Shown in pieces: positions 1-13,673 of a DNA stretch of 64,000 bases. The stretch comes from Octopus vulgaris (taxonomy: Eukaryota). Below the pieces are notes generated by a model. That model saw only the letters and a list, made by a program, of their open reading frames with translations, had not been told where the DNA came from and ran no database searches. Made by a program: the position numbers and the translations under genes. Location: positions 50,406,001 to 50,470,000 of the forward strand of contig OX597823.1 in NCBI GenBank assembly GCA_951406725.2. Direction: 5' to 3'. The stretch's first letter is position 1. Every line of letters begins with the position of its first letter.

Positions 1-457
1 GCTGAAAATGTTGTTTTTGGTATTGTTAACACTTTTACCATAAATCTTCAGGTCGTCTACAAAGAAATTATGAATTACATTGATATTTCTAGCAGTAGAA
101 GAGCCTAGCATGTAGCCATTTGTTTTCTACAGCAGGAACAATAATGGATTCAGTGCCAAAATGAAAAGAAATACAAAAAGACTATCTCCCTGGAATATTC
201 CCTTTGAAATGCCTATACTATTAGAAACAATTATGCCTTCTTATAGTCAAACCATACTGTCACAAGGTTTCTACGTTGTTTTTCTTACTTCAGACAGTAC
301 GGCTTTGTTTATTAAAAGTTGTTTGGCACAAACCCACACTCCCTTCTTTCCACCAGCCTGTTCATCAGTCACAATGTTGTTCGACTCACAATGGTCCTGG
401 AGGAATTGTTTGAGGCAAGTTGTGTACAGTTTGTACATAATATTTAGGCAAGCACTA
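1..457 (-). pseudogene. Decayed reverse transcriptase fragment of an R4/Dong-like (RLE) non-LTR retrotransposon, running off the window edge
   Basis: Manual minus-strand translation gives ACLNIMYKLYTTCL, EQAGGKKGVWVCAKQLLINKAV, DYKKA, GIFQGDSL..LFILALNPL and HNFFVDDLKIY, which are RT subdomain motifs typical of the R4/Dong clade. It has stops, a frameshift and an internal deletion after DYKKA. Confidence 0.85.
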
Positions 458-610
458 TGTATGTATGTATGTATGTATGTATGTATGTATGTATGTATGT
501 ATGTATGTATGTATGTATGTATGTATGTATGTATGTATGTATGTATTATGTATGTATGTATGTATGTATGTATGTATGTATGTATGTATGTATGTATGTA
601 TGTATGTGTA
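458..610. repeat. (TATG)n microsatellite
   Basis: Direct tandem tetranucleotide array. Confidence 0.98.
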
Positions 611-744
611 TCTTAAGTTTTTTCTAACCATTTGAATTTTTATCCTCAGTATGTAAAACCTATATCAGAACTACATTTTTTTAACATAACGTGGTGAAAA
701 TTCGAAAAACTTTAACTGGTCGTAGGAAATTTAACAAAAATCCA

Positions 745-1140
745 TAATTGAGACACATTTGTTTTTTCCTCTCTATTTTTCTCTTCTCATCTATACTTTC
801 CGTAGAGGGGCGTATGCTCGAAATGCTAAAGAATTCTTCCAGTTCTCCTGAATATCAACCTTGTCTTTTTTATTTCGACTTAAAGTTTAAAAAATTTTTT
901 GTAAGAAATATACATACATACATAATACACACACACATACACCCCCCCACACACATATCAAAATGTAACCACATGTGGATCGTTGACGATTTTTTTTCTC
1001 CACGCTTCCTTTTCTCTTGATCTTTTCTCCGTCTCCTTTTTCTGACGAAGAGCTTTGCTCGAAACGTAAAACCACCTTTTTTTCCTTCCTTGAACGTCTG
1101 CTAATACTTTGCATATACCACGTCCTCACGTTGTTCTTTT
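745..1140 (+). mobile_element. Penelope-like LTR-type non-coding unit with two hammerhead-like modules
   Basis: Modules at 796-831 and 1039-1071. The same two-module layout recurs at 37465-37810. Confidence 0.6.
1039..1071 (+). ncRNA. Minimal (short stem III) type I hammerhead ribozyme motif
   Basis: ttt-CTGACGA-A-GAGC(ttt)GCTC-GAAA-CG-TA-aaa. The core is intact, stem II is 4 bp, stem III is the palindromic ACGT, and stem I is weak. Confidence 0.65.
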
Positions 1141-1419
1141 TCTTACACGTGTAGGAATGCCCATTTTTCTAATCAAAGCATTTTCTGATATAGACAAGTA
1201 CTAAGGAATGAAGGAAAGTAAGAATTTTTTTTTTTATTGCAGCTTCAGATTTCCTTCGTAGACTCAGCAACAACGACAAAAAGCATATTCTGAAATAATG
1301 ACTCCAGACGTATCTCTGGTTTTCAGCATTTGACTGGGTCTCTTCAAAAAATTTCTTTCGTTTTGTCTCATTTGCTTGTGTGGAGATATAATGTATCCAA
1401 GAACACATTATCCAATGAT

Positions 1420-1625
1420 TTTTTTAAAATTTCGTTTTTGGATTTGGTTTGCAAGATTCTTTATTTGAGTACGTGTGTTGAAGCAAATTTTGTTGTGTCT
1501 GAGGAGAGTCATTTTCTCTTTGTGCCTTATAATGTAACACACTTACCGGTAAAATTTCCTCTTATTTCCTATTTTTATTTTCCTAAAATTTTCGTTGCGT
1601 CTTGCAACCTTTTCAATAGTCTTGA
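1420..1625 (-). mobile_element. Dispersed repeat fragment, probably PLE-LTR-like, with a degenerate hammerhead-like motif
   Basis: The minus strand reads CTATTGA-AAAG-GTTGC(aagac)GCAAC-GAAA-ATTT-TA. The core deviates from CUGANGA. Confidence 0.35.
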
Positions 1626-2800
1626 CTCTTTTTTAAAATTTGTTTTCCTTTACAAAGGGACGACAATGTAATTTTGAGGGCAATTCAACTGCTGTATCAA
1701 GCAGGCTAGAGACGGGTTTGAGTCTCTCTCAAAACGGTTTCTCTGTACCTTTTTATCTATTGTTTCCTACTCATTTCTTTCTCCCTTGGTTAAAAATGAG
1801 CCCCTATGTGGTTGTTCGACATGCAAAAAATAGCAATTAAATATCTCTCAAATCACTCTCTTTGGGGTTACAAAAGAAATACAGGATAACAGACGCTCAA
1901 CCCAGAAACAGTGCCAATGTAGGGAAGTATGTTGGCATTCATCCTGCTCGAAATAACAGCCAAATCTTTCTCAAATCATACTCTGTTATCACTTTTTAAA
2001 GATAACCCTTAGGGATTGTCACCGGATGTATGAACTTCAAAGCAGTAACGTAATATTTAATTCTTACAAGACTTTTCAATACAAACCTGATACTTAATTC
2101 ACGAATAATGAATTATCATTTATTATTCATGAATAGAGTATCATCGAAGCATCAAATGATGTTTTTCTATCGTGAGGGAACTAAAGATATTGAATGTGCA
2201 TTTTGTATGTTTTTGCGTGTAAGTTTTAAAGAATTAGACAATAGCAGAAAATTATAGGCAGAAGGAGTTGTAGTTGTAAAGCCCTCTTCATTAAACCCGT
2301 GTAAGCCCATTTATCGAATTCCCGAATTTTTCTGAGACTTGACTGAACTTTGCTATGGGCTCTTTGAATGGCTATGGGGATTCACCAGAATAAAATAGTA
2401 ATCAAAGGGTTCCCTAAATAAAAAGAAGTTGAGAACTCCTGATCTAAATGATAACAGCAGCTATACACAAACTACATAAGTGCAATAAGTGCTCATCCAG
2501 CAGAAACTTAGGCGACAATGTGGGTCTAGTGATAATTTTTTTGCATAATATCTTCATGTGTTGTGACGTGTGGTGAAACAAATTTAGAGACCGAGAAAAA
2601 CTATTCCCGAATTTCATTTCATGCATCAGTGACTTACGTTTTCCCAGAAATATAATTGCTTTCATTTTATATAAAATATACGTATGATTTACATGTTATA
2701 TTAAATCTATGAATGTTTATATATATGAATATATGAATGTTTATATATTTGATACAAACAGTATGAATGTTTATATATTTTGATACAAACAGTATCACAA

Positions 2801-3057
2801 GATATCACTCATCACTTTCGGTTTCTGCCCTAATTTACCTTCATTTTTTAAGGACAATTTACTTTCACTATTTTAGGACGGTAAACTGCCTGTTAACTGC
2901 TATCATAATTCTCAGGTTTGGAAACACTGGTTTACAAATGCCTGTGAACCACTTACGATTAACATGCAGTTTACCGTTTTAAAAAAGTGAAAATAAATTG
3001 TCCTAAAAAAAATTAAAGCAAATTGCCATAGGAACCAGAAATGATAACAGTGACATC
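2801..3057. mobile_element. Palindromic MITE-like hairpin element
   Basis: The arm gatatcact...aggacaatttactttcact...gacggtaaactgcctgttaa is inverted by ttaacatgcagtttaccgt...agtgaaaataaattgtcct...agtgacatc. Confidence 0.7.
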
Positions 3058-3120
3058 CCACAATTTCATGTAAATGATGTACGTGATATAACCAATGTAT
3101 ACAACTTATATATGTTTTGA

Positions 3121-3340
3121 GGCGGCGAGCAGGCAGAATCGTTAGCACACCGGGCGAAATGCTTAGCGGTATTTTGTCTGAGTTCAAATTCTGCCGAGGT
3201 CGACTTTGCCTTTCATCCTTTCGGGGTCGATTAAATAAGTACCAGTTACGCACTAGGGTCGATATAATCGACTTAATCCGTTTGTCTGTCCTTGTTTGTC
3301 CCTTCTGTGTGTAGCCCCTTGTGGGCAGTAAAGAAATAAG
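3121..3340 (+). mobile_element. tRNA-derived SINE family B (ggcggcgagctggcagaa head, gcctttcatcctttcggggtcga core, taataaagaaata tail)
   Basis: Matches many other copies in the window. Flanked by a 12-bp TSD tatatatgtttt (3107-3118 / 3341-3352). Confidence 0.9.
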
Positions 3341-3878
3341 TATATATGTTTTATGTGACACGAAAACTGTACATTTTATATAAGATGAAAACAATCACAT
3401 TTATGGGAAAAAGAAAATAGTCAATGATGCACAAAATAAGATCCGTGAATAGTTTTTCTTGATTTTGTAATTTGTTTTGTTACACATCGAAACACATTGT
3501 TGCCAAAGTTTCTTCTTGGCGAGATCATCCAACGCCCTTCTATAATCTGTGTATGGATGCCATCGTCTTTTGAGTCAATAAAACTGAGTGAATGGTTAAT
3601 AACTTGGTATATTTAGGACAATCTACCTTCAAGATCATTTATTTTTTTTTATTTACAAAGGTAAAATACAAATTCCCAATCTACGCTACTTCGCTTACGG
3701 ACGTCGACTCTAATTCTAGAGCACAGTAAGGTCCTTCATTACAGATTTTGTAGTTATGATCTTGGTCCATGTGTAAGTTTTGCCAACCCATACGTGTGGA
3801 TGGCTATTGGATCACAATAAACTCATCCTTCTCTTGACAGGTCATGTTTTTAGACCTGCAAGGTGTTTACAACACCTT

Positions 3879-4030
3879 CCTAGCGAGTGTGTGTGCTGCC
3901 GTGCGCGTGTGTATATGTGTGGATTCAGTTTTCCACCCATAGGCCCCACAAAACGTACATATTACCTACAGCAGACCTAAAAGGGGTGTCGCCAAGAGCG
4001 GACCACCCCCTTCGCTCCCTCTAGCTACTG
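3879..4030. mobile_element. Degenerate short hAT-like MITE related to 16906-18814
   Basis: Shares ccccacaaaa..cat..cctacagc.gacctaaaag.ggtg and gcggacc...ctag.tac with the ends of the 16906 element. Confidence 0.6.
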
Positions 4031-4105
4031 TAGAGCTCCTCACATGGAAAGTTAACCCAAGATTTTTTTTCCTTTCTTTTAATCTTCTCAGAATTAATAA
4101 AATTA

Positions 4106-4504
4106 CTAGCAGTATAGCCTGGCGTTGCTCGGGTTTGTTTTCTTTTCGACCCTTTAGAATTGGAATTTTTGAAAAGTAAAAATTTTGCAATATGTAGCTT
4201 GTTATTCTCTTTAAGTGAACATTTTCTGGTTGAAATACACCGAAAAATGGCGACACAGCAGTCAAAAAATCGTATAAAATAGGGATTTTCAAGGAAAAAA
4301 AAAAAGCACCTTTTTGATGTAAATAATTTTTGGTCTTAACATGGTCCGATTTGAATTTTTTCTTCTACAGAAAGAAGAGCAAACCTTCTTCTATCATACT
4401 TTCAACTTTGGTCGACTTGCGCCGCAGGGTCTCATAGGAGATAGTGTTAGTTGAATGTTACCAAACCTGTCACACACAGACAACTTCAGCTTTATATATA
4501 AAGA
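4106..4504 (-). mobile_element. Non-autonomous Helitron
   Basis: The minus strand begins TCTTTATATATAAAG and ends CTAG, with a subterminal GC-rich hairpin region. It is inserted between A and T, and its ends are shared with 15023-15407. Confidence 0.8.
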
Positions 4505-4724
4505 TAATACAGCGTAGATCTTATGCTGCCAGAATTCACCTTATTCGCTTATCAAAAGTTATCTTTTTGTTTCACTCTTTGCTCTTAATGTGAGCATGTG
4601 ATGTGTGAGTTCATGTGCGTATATATGTAATAATTTATGCGTTTTTGTATGTGTTTATGGGCTGGTATTCATCTGTGTGAGTTCACGTGCGTATGTGCTT
4701 ATGTTTATGTGATATGCAAGTGTG

Positions 4725-4880
4725 CAGAACCGGATTAAGGTATGGGCTTTTAGAACTGCAACCCAGGAACTTAGGACTGCTGGAGGGTCTCCAGGGATTA
4801 AGTGAAAAGTTATTGAAAATATCACTAGGACCTCTCAGTATCTGTAACTCAGAGACCTACGAAATCTTAATCCGGCTGTG
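4725..4880. mobile_element. hAT-like MITE
   Basis: TIRs cagaaccggattaag / cttaatccggctgtg. Confidence 0.6.
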
Positions 4881-5172
4881 TGTGTGTGTTTATGCTTTTG
4901 TGTATATATTTGTGTGTGATTTGAAATGGGATGTGTGTATGTGTGTGTACGTGTGTGTTCTGTATGCTGCTTATATGTGTATGTGATGTATGTTTGCATG
5001 CGTAATGTGTATGCGTATGTCTGTGAGAGAGAAAGAGATAGATAGATAGATAGATAGATAGAGAGAGAGTGTGTGTGTGTGCGAGTGCTTACATCTATGT
5101 GTGAACCTTTTTTTGTGAGAGACGATGCCCTGTATGTGTGCATGTGCATATGTGTGTGTGTGTGTACATATA

Positions 5173-5213
<41 letters not shown>

Positions 5214-5686
5214 GAGAGTGAGAGAGAGAGAGTGAGAGAGAGAGAGTGAGGGAGAGAGAATGAGAGAGAGATGGAGAAAGAGGAGGAGTTTGATGGGTGG
5301 GATGAAGGGGAATGTAAGGGTGAGGCAGAGGTGTAATGTTGTGTGTGTAAATCAGTCATTTATTTCAACGTGTTATGCAATGACAATACGAGAAATGCGA
5401 ATATTGATTCTAAAATTTGTATTAAATAATCTAGTGAAGATATATTTAAATTGGAAATGCTGGCGGGGGGTGGGGGGTGGGGGGTCAGAGAGGATGCGGA
5501 TGGCCGGTTGGTTGGTAAGATGTTGCAGCAACTTCAGGCCGTGATTGCACTCAAATGCACACAGCTTTGCCTTCTCTGGCATCAGTTAATAACAGAGCTA
5601 AGCAATCAAATTGTAAACTTCTTACTTAAAGTGTAAATTGTCAGTGAATTAGATAAGACGTGAAATTTGGCAGATTACAGTAGATA

Positions 5687-6290
<604 letters not shown>

Positions 6291-6424
6291 CTGCTGCAGC
6301 AGCGATGTCCTTGATTGTTTCTCAAATCTTGGTAATTGTTCATCAATGTCAGTATTATCCCTGTAACATTTTAATACTTCGATGTTAACAACAGCATCAT
6401 TTCTCGCCGCAGACTGGGTAGTGA

Positions 6425-6623
6425 TACATACATACATGCGTACACGCATGCATACATACATACATACATACATACATACATACGTACATACATGCGTACA
6501 CGCAGGCATACATACATGTATGTATGTATGTATATATATGTATATGTGCATATATGCATACATACCCCTATATATGTATACCTATATGTATGCGTTTATC
6601 TGTTTATTGGTATATTTGTGTAT

Positions 6624-6694
<71 letters not shown>

Positions 6695-6797
6695 TATATA
6701 AATATATATATATACACACAGACATATATATGTTTATATATATGTATGTATACACACATACATATATACACGCACATATATATACATATATATACTC

Positions 6798-6842
<45 letters not shown>

Positions 6843-7185
6843 CACACACACTTGCGCACAAGCACATTTATATACATGCATATGTATGTATACACACACA
6901 TAGAGAGATGTATGCGCATACATACATACATGCATGCATACATACACGCACATGTATACATTCATACATACATACGCAATATGTACATACACACATGCAT
7001 ACATACATACATACATAATGCATGCATACATGCATACGTGCTTGCATCCATCCATCCATACATTCTTACGCACGTACGCACATGCATACATACATACATA
7101 CATACATACATACATACATACATACATACATACATACATACATTCACACATACATTCACACATACACACACACACACATGCATAC
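6425..7185. repeat. Compound (TACA)n/(TA)n/(CA)n microsatellite field
   Basis: Direct inspection. Confidence 0.95.
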
Positions 7186-7769
7186 ATGTTAAATTCCAAA
7201 CTGACTACTACATGTCTACAGATTTGTGAAATGTGAATTGTGAAAGCCTGGGTTAAAAGAGGACGTAGAGTTTCATGAATTAAGAATAAATTTCCATTTC
7301 TGTTGTAAATCTAGATAAATTGCATGATCTCTATACAGACAAAATGCCGGTGTGGTGGGTGGAAAGATCTGAGAAGTCGGAGATAATTAGAGACTAACAA
7401 CTGCTGATGTAATGACCTTTTTGACTTTTTCGAAGCTTTGGCAGCAATAGTGTAGCTTCTTAATCTGTAGTTATTATATAAAGTGGAGAGCAAAGGATCT
7501 TTAGCTGTTTAGCAAAAGGGTGCATCGAGTTAGTTTGGTTTAGCTGAATTTATCCAGACAGTTGTTCTGTCAGTCTGTCTGGTTTATTGGTTAAAAGTGT
7601 TGGCTTGTTGTATTGTTTGTTGTTAGGAGGGACTGAAGGAAGCTTGTAACGTAGCTGTACTGAGCGAAAGTGAAAGTGAAAGGGGTTGGGAAAGAAGGAT
7701 AAGAAATAAGGGCGAATGAGAAGGTGAGATAGATCGATGGATAGATAGATGGATAGATAGATAGATAGT

Positions 7770-7817
<48 letters not shown>

Positions 7818-7921
7818 GAGATAATGATTGAGAAACCAGAATGTGTATTAGTATATAGATATGTGTATGTATGTATATATATATACATATATATATGTAT
7901 ATATATATACATATATATATG

Positions 7922-7954
<33 letters not shown>

Positions 7955-7960
7955 GCATAA

Positions 7961-7992
<32 letters not shown>

Positions 7993-8005
7993 ACATATGT
8001 GTATG

Positions 8006-8039
<34 letters not shown>

Positions 8040-8061
8040 TACATATATATACATATATACA

Positions 8062-8122
<61 letters not shown>

Positions 8123-8129
8123 ATACATA

Positions 8130-8309
8130 CAATCGGACCAAAAGTTTGGAACGAACATAAGTCTGGAAAATTTTTTCTTGCAGATATTGAACCATTGACT
8201 CAGTTATTGGGTAGGTATATTTCTATGTTGTATATATTTGAATCGAATCGTACTTGGGCCTAAAGAATATTAATTAAAAAAGAATGTTCCAAACTTTTGG
8301 TCAGGACTG
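8130..8309. mobile_element. Tc1/mariner-type MITE
   Basis: TIRs caatcggaccaaaagtttggaac / gttccaaacttttggtcaggactg, flanked by TA. Confidence 0.8.
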
Positions 8310-8665
8310 TATGTGTCTGTGTGCATATATGCATATATTGATAGCTATATATCTATATATGTGAAGGCAATTCCCTGACTGGGTGGCGCGTTGTGTTCTT
8401 GAGCAAAACACTTCATTTCACATTGCTCCAGCCTCCCTTCGATAAGGGGTTGGCCCGCTCACCTAACCAGTAGGATGGCGTCGTTTGAAGGCTAAAAGAA
8501 TGCAAAAAGCAAATTGTGACCAGTGATGTGTAACAACATGTGATAACCTGGTTGATCATGTGATCAAGTGATATACCTATATATATATATATATATAGAT
8601 TTAGCTACATCTATGCATATATGTATATATACACTCACACGTGTACCTTTAATCTATTTATGTTG

Positions 8666-8696
<31 letters not shown>

Positions 8697-8816
8697 TGTA
8701 TGTATGTATATATAGAGAAAGAGAGGGCATGAGAAAAACAAAGTTAGGGAGTAAGCGAGAATGTGCCTATGTGAAAGAAACAGTAAAAGAGAGAAAAAGA
8801 GAAAAAAATAGTAAAA

Positions 8817-9158
8817 GGCTGCGAGCTGGCAGAAACGTTAGCACGCCGAGCGAAATGCTTAGCGGTATTTCGTCCGCCGCTACGTTCTGAGTTCAAATTC
8901 CGTCGAGGTCGACTTTGCCTTTCATCCTCTCGGGGTCGATTAAATAAGTACCAGTTACGCACTGGGGTCGATATAATCGACTTAATCCGTTTGTCTGTCC
9001 TTGTTTGTCCCCTCTGTGTTTAGCCCCTTATGGGTAATAAAGAAATAGGTATTTCGCCCGCCGCTACGTTCTGGAGTCGATGTAATCGACTTAATCTCTT
9101 TGTCTGTCCTTGTTTGTCCTCTCTATGTTTAGCCCCTTGTGGGTAGTAAAGAAATAAG
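8817..9158 (+). mobile_element. SINE family B, tandem dimer
   Basis: A full unit is followed by a head-less, internally deleted second unit, joined at aaagaaatag|gtatttcg. Confidence 0.9.
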
Positions 9159-9589
9159 AAACAATAAAAGAGAGTGAAAAAAAAGAGATACTGTAATGAG
9201 AGTAATGGTGTTTGTTCTCAAACTATGTAAAGTAAAAACTGGATGTTTCTCCATAGTGTCTCTGACATCAGTGATTTCCTCCTTATTGACTGCGGGGTTA
9301 AATTCAAGTGAATCGTGAACAGTCAGTCCCTTTATGTCTGACTTATTATAAAAGAAACACAGGGATATACAAGCAACAATAAAGTTTTAAAAATTAATTG
9401 CATTAGGCAAACTGGTAGAATCCCCATGCACTTACTAGAACCCTTCACTACGGAGCGTGAGCTGTGACACTAGCAGGGGTGCTTTTAATGTGGTAATAGC
9501 AGAGTTGAGCTTTATGTGGCATCAGCAACAGCTCCAGCAGATTGGCCAAATAATTTCCAAGACAAGGATCTCAACTAAGAGCTCTTAGT

Positions 9590-9890
9590 CTTGCAAGTTA
9601 CATGGTGGCCCCACTGGTGCTTGTGTCACATAAAAAGCACCTGTGCTGGTGGCACATAAAAAATGCCTGTGTTGTTGCCATGTAAAAACTCCCAGTATAC
9701 TCTTTTTAAAGTGGTTAGCATGAGGAAGGGCATCCAGCTGCAGAAACCATGCCAAAACAGTAGACAGGGGCCTGGTGCAGCCCTCCGGCTTGTCAGCTCC
9801 AGTCAAGCTGTCCAACCCATGCTAGCATGGAAAACAGACATTAAATGGTGATGATGAGGATAATGAACATGATAATAATGATGATGAATC
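9590..9890 (+). mobile_element. SINE/LINE-tail-like dispersed repeat ending in (GAT)n
   Basis: ggaagggcatccagc...aacccatgctagcatggaaaacagacattaaatg followed by (gat)n. The short-repeat tail is typical of retroposons. Confidence 0.6.
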
Positions 9891-10527
9891 TCACTAGGTA
9901 AATTGGTAGAACTATCAGACGCTTACTTACACCTTTCACTTTGGAGGATAAGCCCTTGATGACTTTTCTCTACGGATTTTGACTGTGCTGTCTCTTCAGT
10001 TGGATCTCTGCCTTTTCAGCCTTTCTTCCACCTCAATTACGTGTTCCATCCCCACTTGCGCTTCAGGCATATGTTTCCAGGGGATAAGGCCTTCCTTTCT
10101 CAAGTTCTGTTGGTTTTGAATTGTTATCAATTCTTTTGTAAATCATTTTTTTTCTTCGACAAAGTAGGTATGTCGGCTCTATGCAAACCTATTTTTACCT
10201 TTGGGAAGAGGTGGTCCTTATTAATCTGGGCTCTGTCCTTTGACTGGTATAGCTCTCAGGGTCATTGAGGCATACTGGTCATCACACCTCAATAAGGACT
10301 GAACCATGTGGTGGCAGAATCGTCAGAGTGTCTTGTGATGTTTGTTGCAGCATTCTGTGGGCATTTTCAGTTTTCGTCTACCAATCCACTCACAAAATTT
10401 TTAAAGTTGTTTCCCTTGCACCCCCCCCTTTTAATTTTCTGCTCTTAATTGTTCATTAAATTAATGGTTTAATCCCCTCATATGAGAATAATTATCTTAA
10501 TTAATTAAGATTTCTTGGATCACTATA

Positions 10528-10948
10528 CAGTGATCTCTCGTTTATCGCGATAGATTGGTTCAGAGACCGGCCGCGATAACTGAATTTCCGCGAAGTAGGG
10601 ACACCATATTTACAGTATTTATTTAACGTGTAGTTGGACTTTTAAAACCCTCCCTGTACTGTTAACAACCCACCCATTACAGTAGTCTATTAATAACAAT
10701 GACAACTGTTAAGCAATAGCACTTTAGATTTAAAAAATAAAGATTGTTACTGTTAGACAGGCCAGATTACAAAATAGAAAGCTGTGATTTGTCGTCTCTC
10801 TCCCTTGCACCAATCACAGCCCGTCTTAAGAAGTTCAAATACCCCTGTATATGCTTTTTAGCTATTTTACGCCTGTTTTGTTGCTACTAGACTAGGAAAT
10901 AGTATTTATTATTAATATTTTAATGTATTTAATGAAACATTTTAGACG

Positions 10949-10950
<2 letters not shown>
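10528..10950 (+). mobile_element. Tigger/pogo-like DNA transposon left end (truncated)
   Basis: TA followed by cagtgatctctcgtttatcgcg...ccgcgataactgaatttccgcgaagtag. No matching right TIR was found. Confidence 0.6.
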
Positions 10951-10984
<34 letters not shown>

Positions 10985-10988
<4 letters not shown>

Positions 10989-11170
10989 TATGTGGGCACA
11001 AGATGTCAGGAAACGTGTACAACAAAAAATGCGAAGTGCGAGTACATGGAATATGAACTATTTTTATGAACAACAAAAGACACAAATGGAAAACAAGACA
11101 AACAACATAAAGAACGACCCTTCATCAGTTGTTGTCTGTTTTCTACTCTCGTATTTCGAGCATTTAACAA
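10985..11170 (-). mobile_element. PLE-LTR-like repeat (family shared with 21600-21775 and 53930-54150)
   Basis: Shared motif cgaaa.acg.gagtaga..aaac....ac.actgatgaaggg followed by a T-rich tail, flanked by (TA)n. Confidence 0.6.
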
Positions 11171-11789
11171 CAACAACAATATATATATATACATATATGT
11201 ATATATCGTTGCCTTGATATCAAAATGCGCTGACTGGATATGCATTATATGTCCATTTAGCCCGTATATATATATTTATATATATAATATTTACAGAAAG
11301 CAAAAGACGAAGACAGGTGTAGGAACAACAAGGCAATGGTGACCCCAACGAACGAAGGTGCGCAAGCGTGTGTGTGTATGTGAGAATGGTGTGTATGAGT
11401 GTGTATATATATATGCAGACTCCACAGTGCTTAATGCTTGATGATGATAGTTCTACAGAATATAGATATCAATAAATAGTTTATTATAACAATATATAGA
11501 ATATCATATCAAACAATATCAAACAATAGATTATATTTATTATATTCATTGATCGTAATATTAAAAAATAAATTACAATGTCTATAAATGGGCGATAATA
11601 TTGGTTTCAAATTTTGGCACAAGGTTATCGATCCCAGTGCTCAACTGGTGCTTATTTTGTTGACCCCGAAAGGATGAAAGGCAAAAGTGACCTTGGTGGA
11701 ATTTGAACTCAGAACGTTAAGAGGGCCAAATGCTGCTAGCATTTTCCCTGGCGCGGTAATGATTCAGCCAGATCATCATCTTTAGCGGA

Positions 11790-12316
11790 TGATAGATTTT
11801 AATATCACACAATTTACCAATAAATAGAATATGATGTTGATAAATAAATAAATAAATAAATAATTGAATAAATTATATATTGAAAGATAAACAAATACAT
11901 TATAATAGCTAATGATCAATAGATTACAACATCTGTGAATAAATAAATTATAATCCCATTAGATAAACTATGGTGTTAATAAGCAGATTATAATATCAAT
12001 AGAAAGATTATGTTATCAATATATAAATTATAATACAGACATTATCAATCCATAATCAATAAATGAATAGATTTTAATGTCAACAAATTAATAAATAAAT
12101 GGATTATGATATCAATAAATATATTATATCATCAATAAGTGGGTGATAATATCAATAAATGGATTATAATATAAATAGATGATTATATTATCAATCAATT
12201 TGTAAATAAATTGATTATAATATCAATGGATAAACAAATAGATTATGATATCAATCAAGCGATTATATCAATAAATAAACAGAATATAATATCAATAATT
12301 AGAGTATATTATCAAT
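11790..12316. repeat. Degenerate AT-rich minisatellite (unit approximately aatagattataatatcaataaat)
   Basis: Recurring gattataatatcaata motif at about 20-30 bp spacing. Confidence 0.75.
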
Positions 12317-12317
12317 A

Positions 12318-12630
12318 GGTACAGGCGTGGCTATATGGTAAGAAGCTTGCTTCCGAGCCATACGGTTCCCAGTTCAGTCCCACTGCATGGCACCTTGGGC
12401 AAGAATCCTCTATGAAAGCTTCGGGCCAACCAAAGCCTTGTGAGTAGATTTGGTAGAAAGAAGCCGTTCTGTGTCTGTGTTTGTCTCTCCACCACTGCAT
12501 GACAACCGGTGTTGGTGTGCTTACGTCCCCGTAACTTAGCGGTTCAGCAAAAGCGACCGATAGAATAAGTACCAGGCTTATAGAGAAAAAAAAAAAAGTA
12601 CACAGGGTCGATTTATTTGCCTAGAAATTT
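12318..12630 (+). mobile_element. tRNA-derived SINE family A with inverted 3' part
   Basis: Head ggtacaggcgtggctatatggtaagaagc...gttcagtcccactgc. A fold-back begins at about 12628. Confidence 0.85.
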
Positions 12631-13011
12631 TAGGCAAATAAATCGACCCTGTTTACTTATTTTTTTCTTTATACTTATTCTATCGGTCGTTTTTGATATT
12701 TCGCATTATATCTGAATTTCTAGAAGTCGGGAAAGAGGTCCATATTTATTCATAATATAATTTATCTTTTATCTTTTACTTGTTTCAGTCATTAGACTGC
12801 GGTCATGCAATATTCTGTACCCTATATTGAATAAACAGACCATGTTTATAAAGTTGGTGAATAGTTTTATTATTTACTTTTTCAAGTGAATTTATGACGA
12901 TTATATATACACTGCTTTAGAAGTATATTGATTTGTACACGTTAAATAAAGTCATGCTCTTTACTTTTCTTCTTTTATTTTTCATCCTGTAAACATTATA
13001 TATGGTACTAC

Positions 13012-13241
13012 ACTCTTTTACTCTTTTACTTGTTTCACTCATTTGACTGAAGCCATGCTGGAGAACCGCCATTAGTCGAGCAAATCGACCCCAGGACTTA
13101 TTCTTTGTAAGCCTAGTACTTATTCTATCGGTCTCTTTTTGCCGAACAGCTATCTTACGGGGACGTAAACACACCAGCATCGGTTGTCAAGCGATGGTGT
13201 GGGGACAAACACAGACACACGAACATATACACATACATACA

Positions 13242-13331
<90 letters not shown>

Positions 13332-13480
13332 CAACGGGATTCTTCGAGTTTCCGCCTACCAAATCCATTCACAAGGCTGTAGTAGAAGACACCTGCCCAA
13401 GGTGCCACGCAGTGGGACTGAACCCAGAACCATGTGGTTGGTAAGCAAGTTACTTACCACACAGCCACTCTTGCGCCTAT
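13012..13480 (-). mobile_element. SINE family A with internal microsatellite
   Basis: A/B-box-like head (tggctgtgtggtaag; gggttcagtccc), central (TA)n/(TATG)n, and tail gactgaaacaagtaaaagag. Confidence 0.9.
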
Positions 13481-13673
13481 AGTATAATATATCTTAAGAA
13501 TTTTAATTGATGTAATCAACTAGACCCTTCTCCAGAATATTTAAGGCCTTGTACCCAGAAAAGAAAGAATAATCAACGGAAATTGAGCCCAAGATCTGAC
13601 GAGCATGAGTACAACATCCTAACCACTAGGTCACATGCCTTCACTATATTGCCAGTAATATTTGTTATTAAAA

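Noticed and set aside
161-616. 151-aa plus-strand ORF
   Set aside because: It is the antisense of the RT relic plus the (TATG)n tract.
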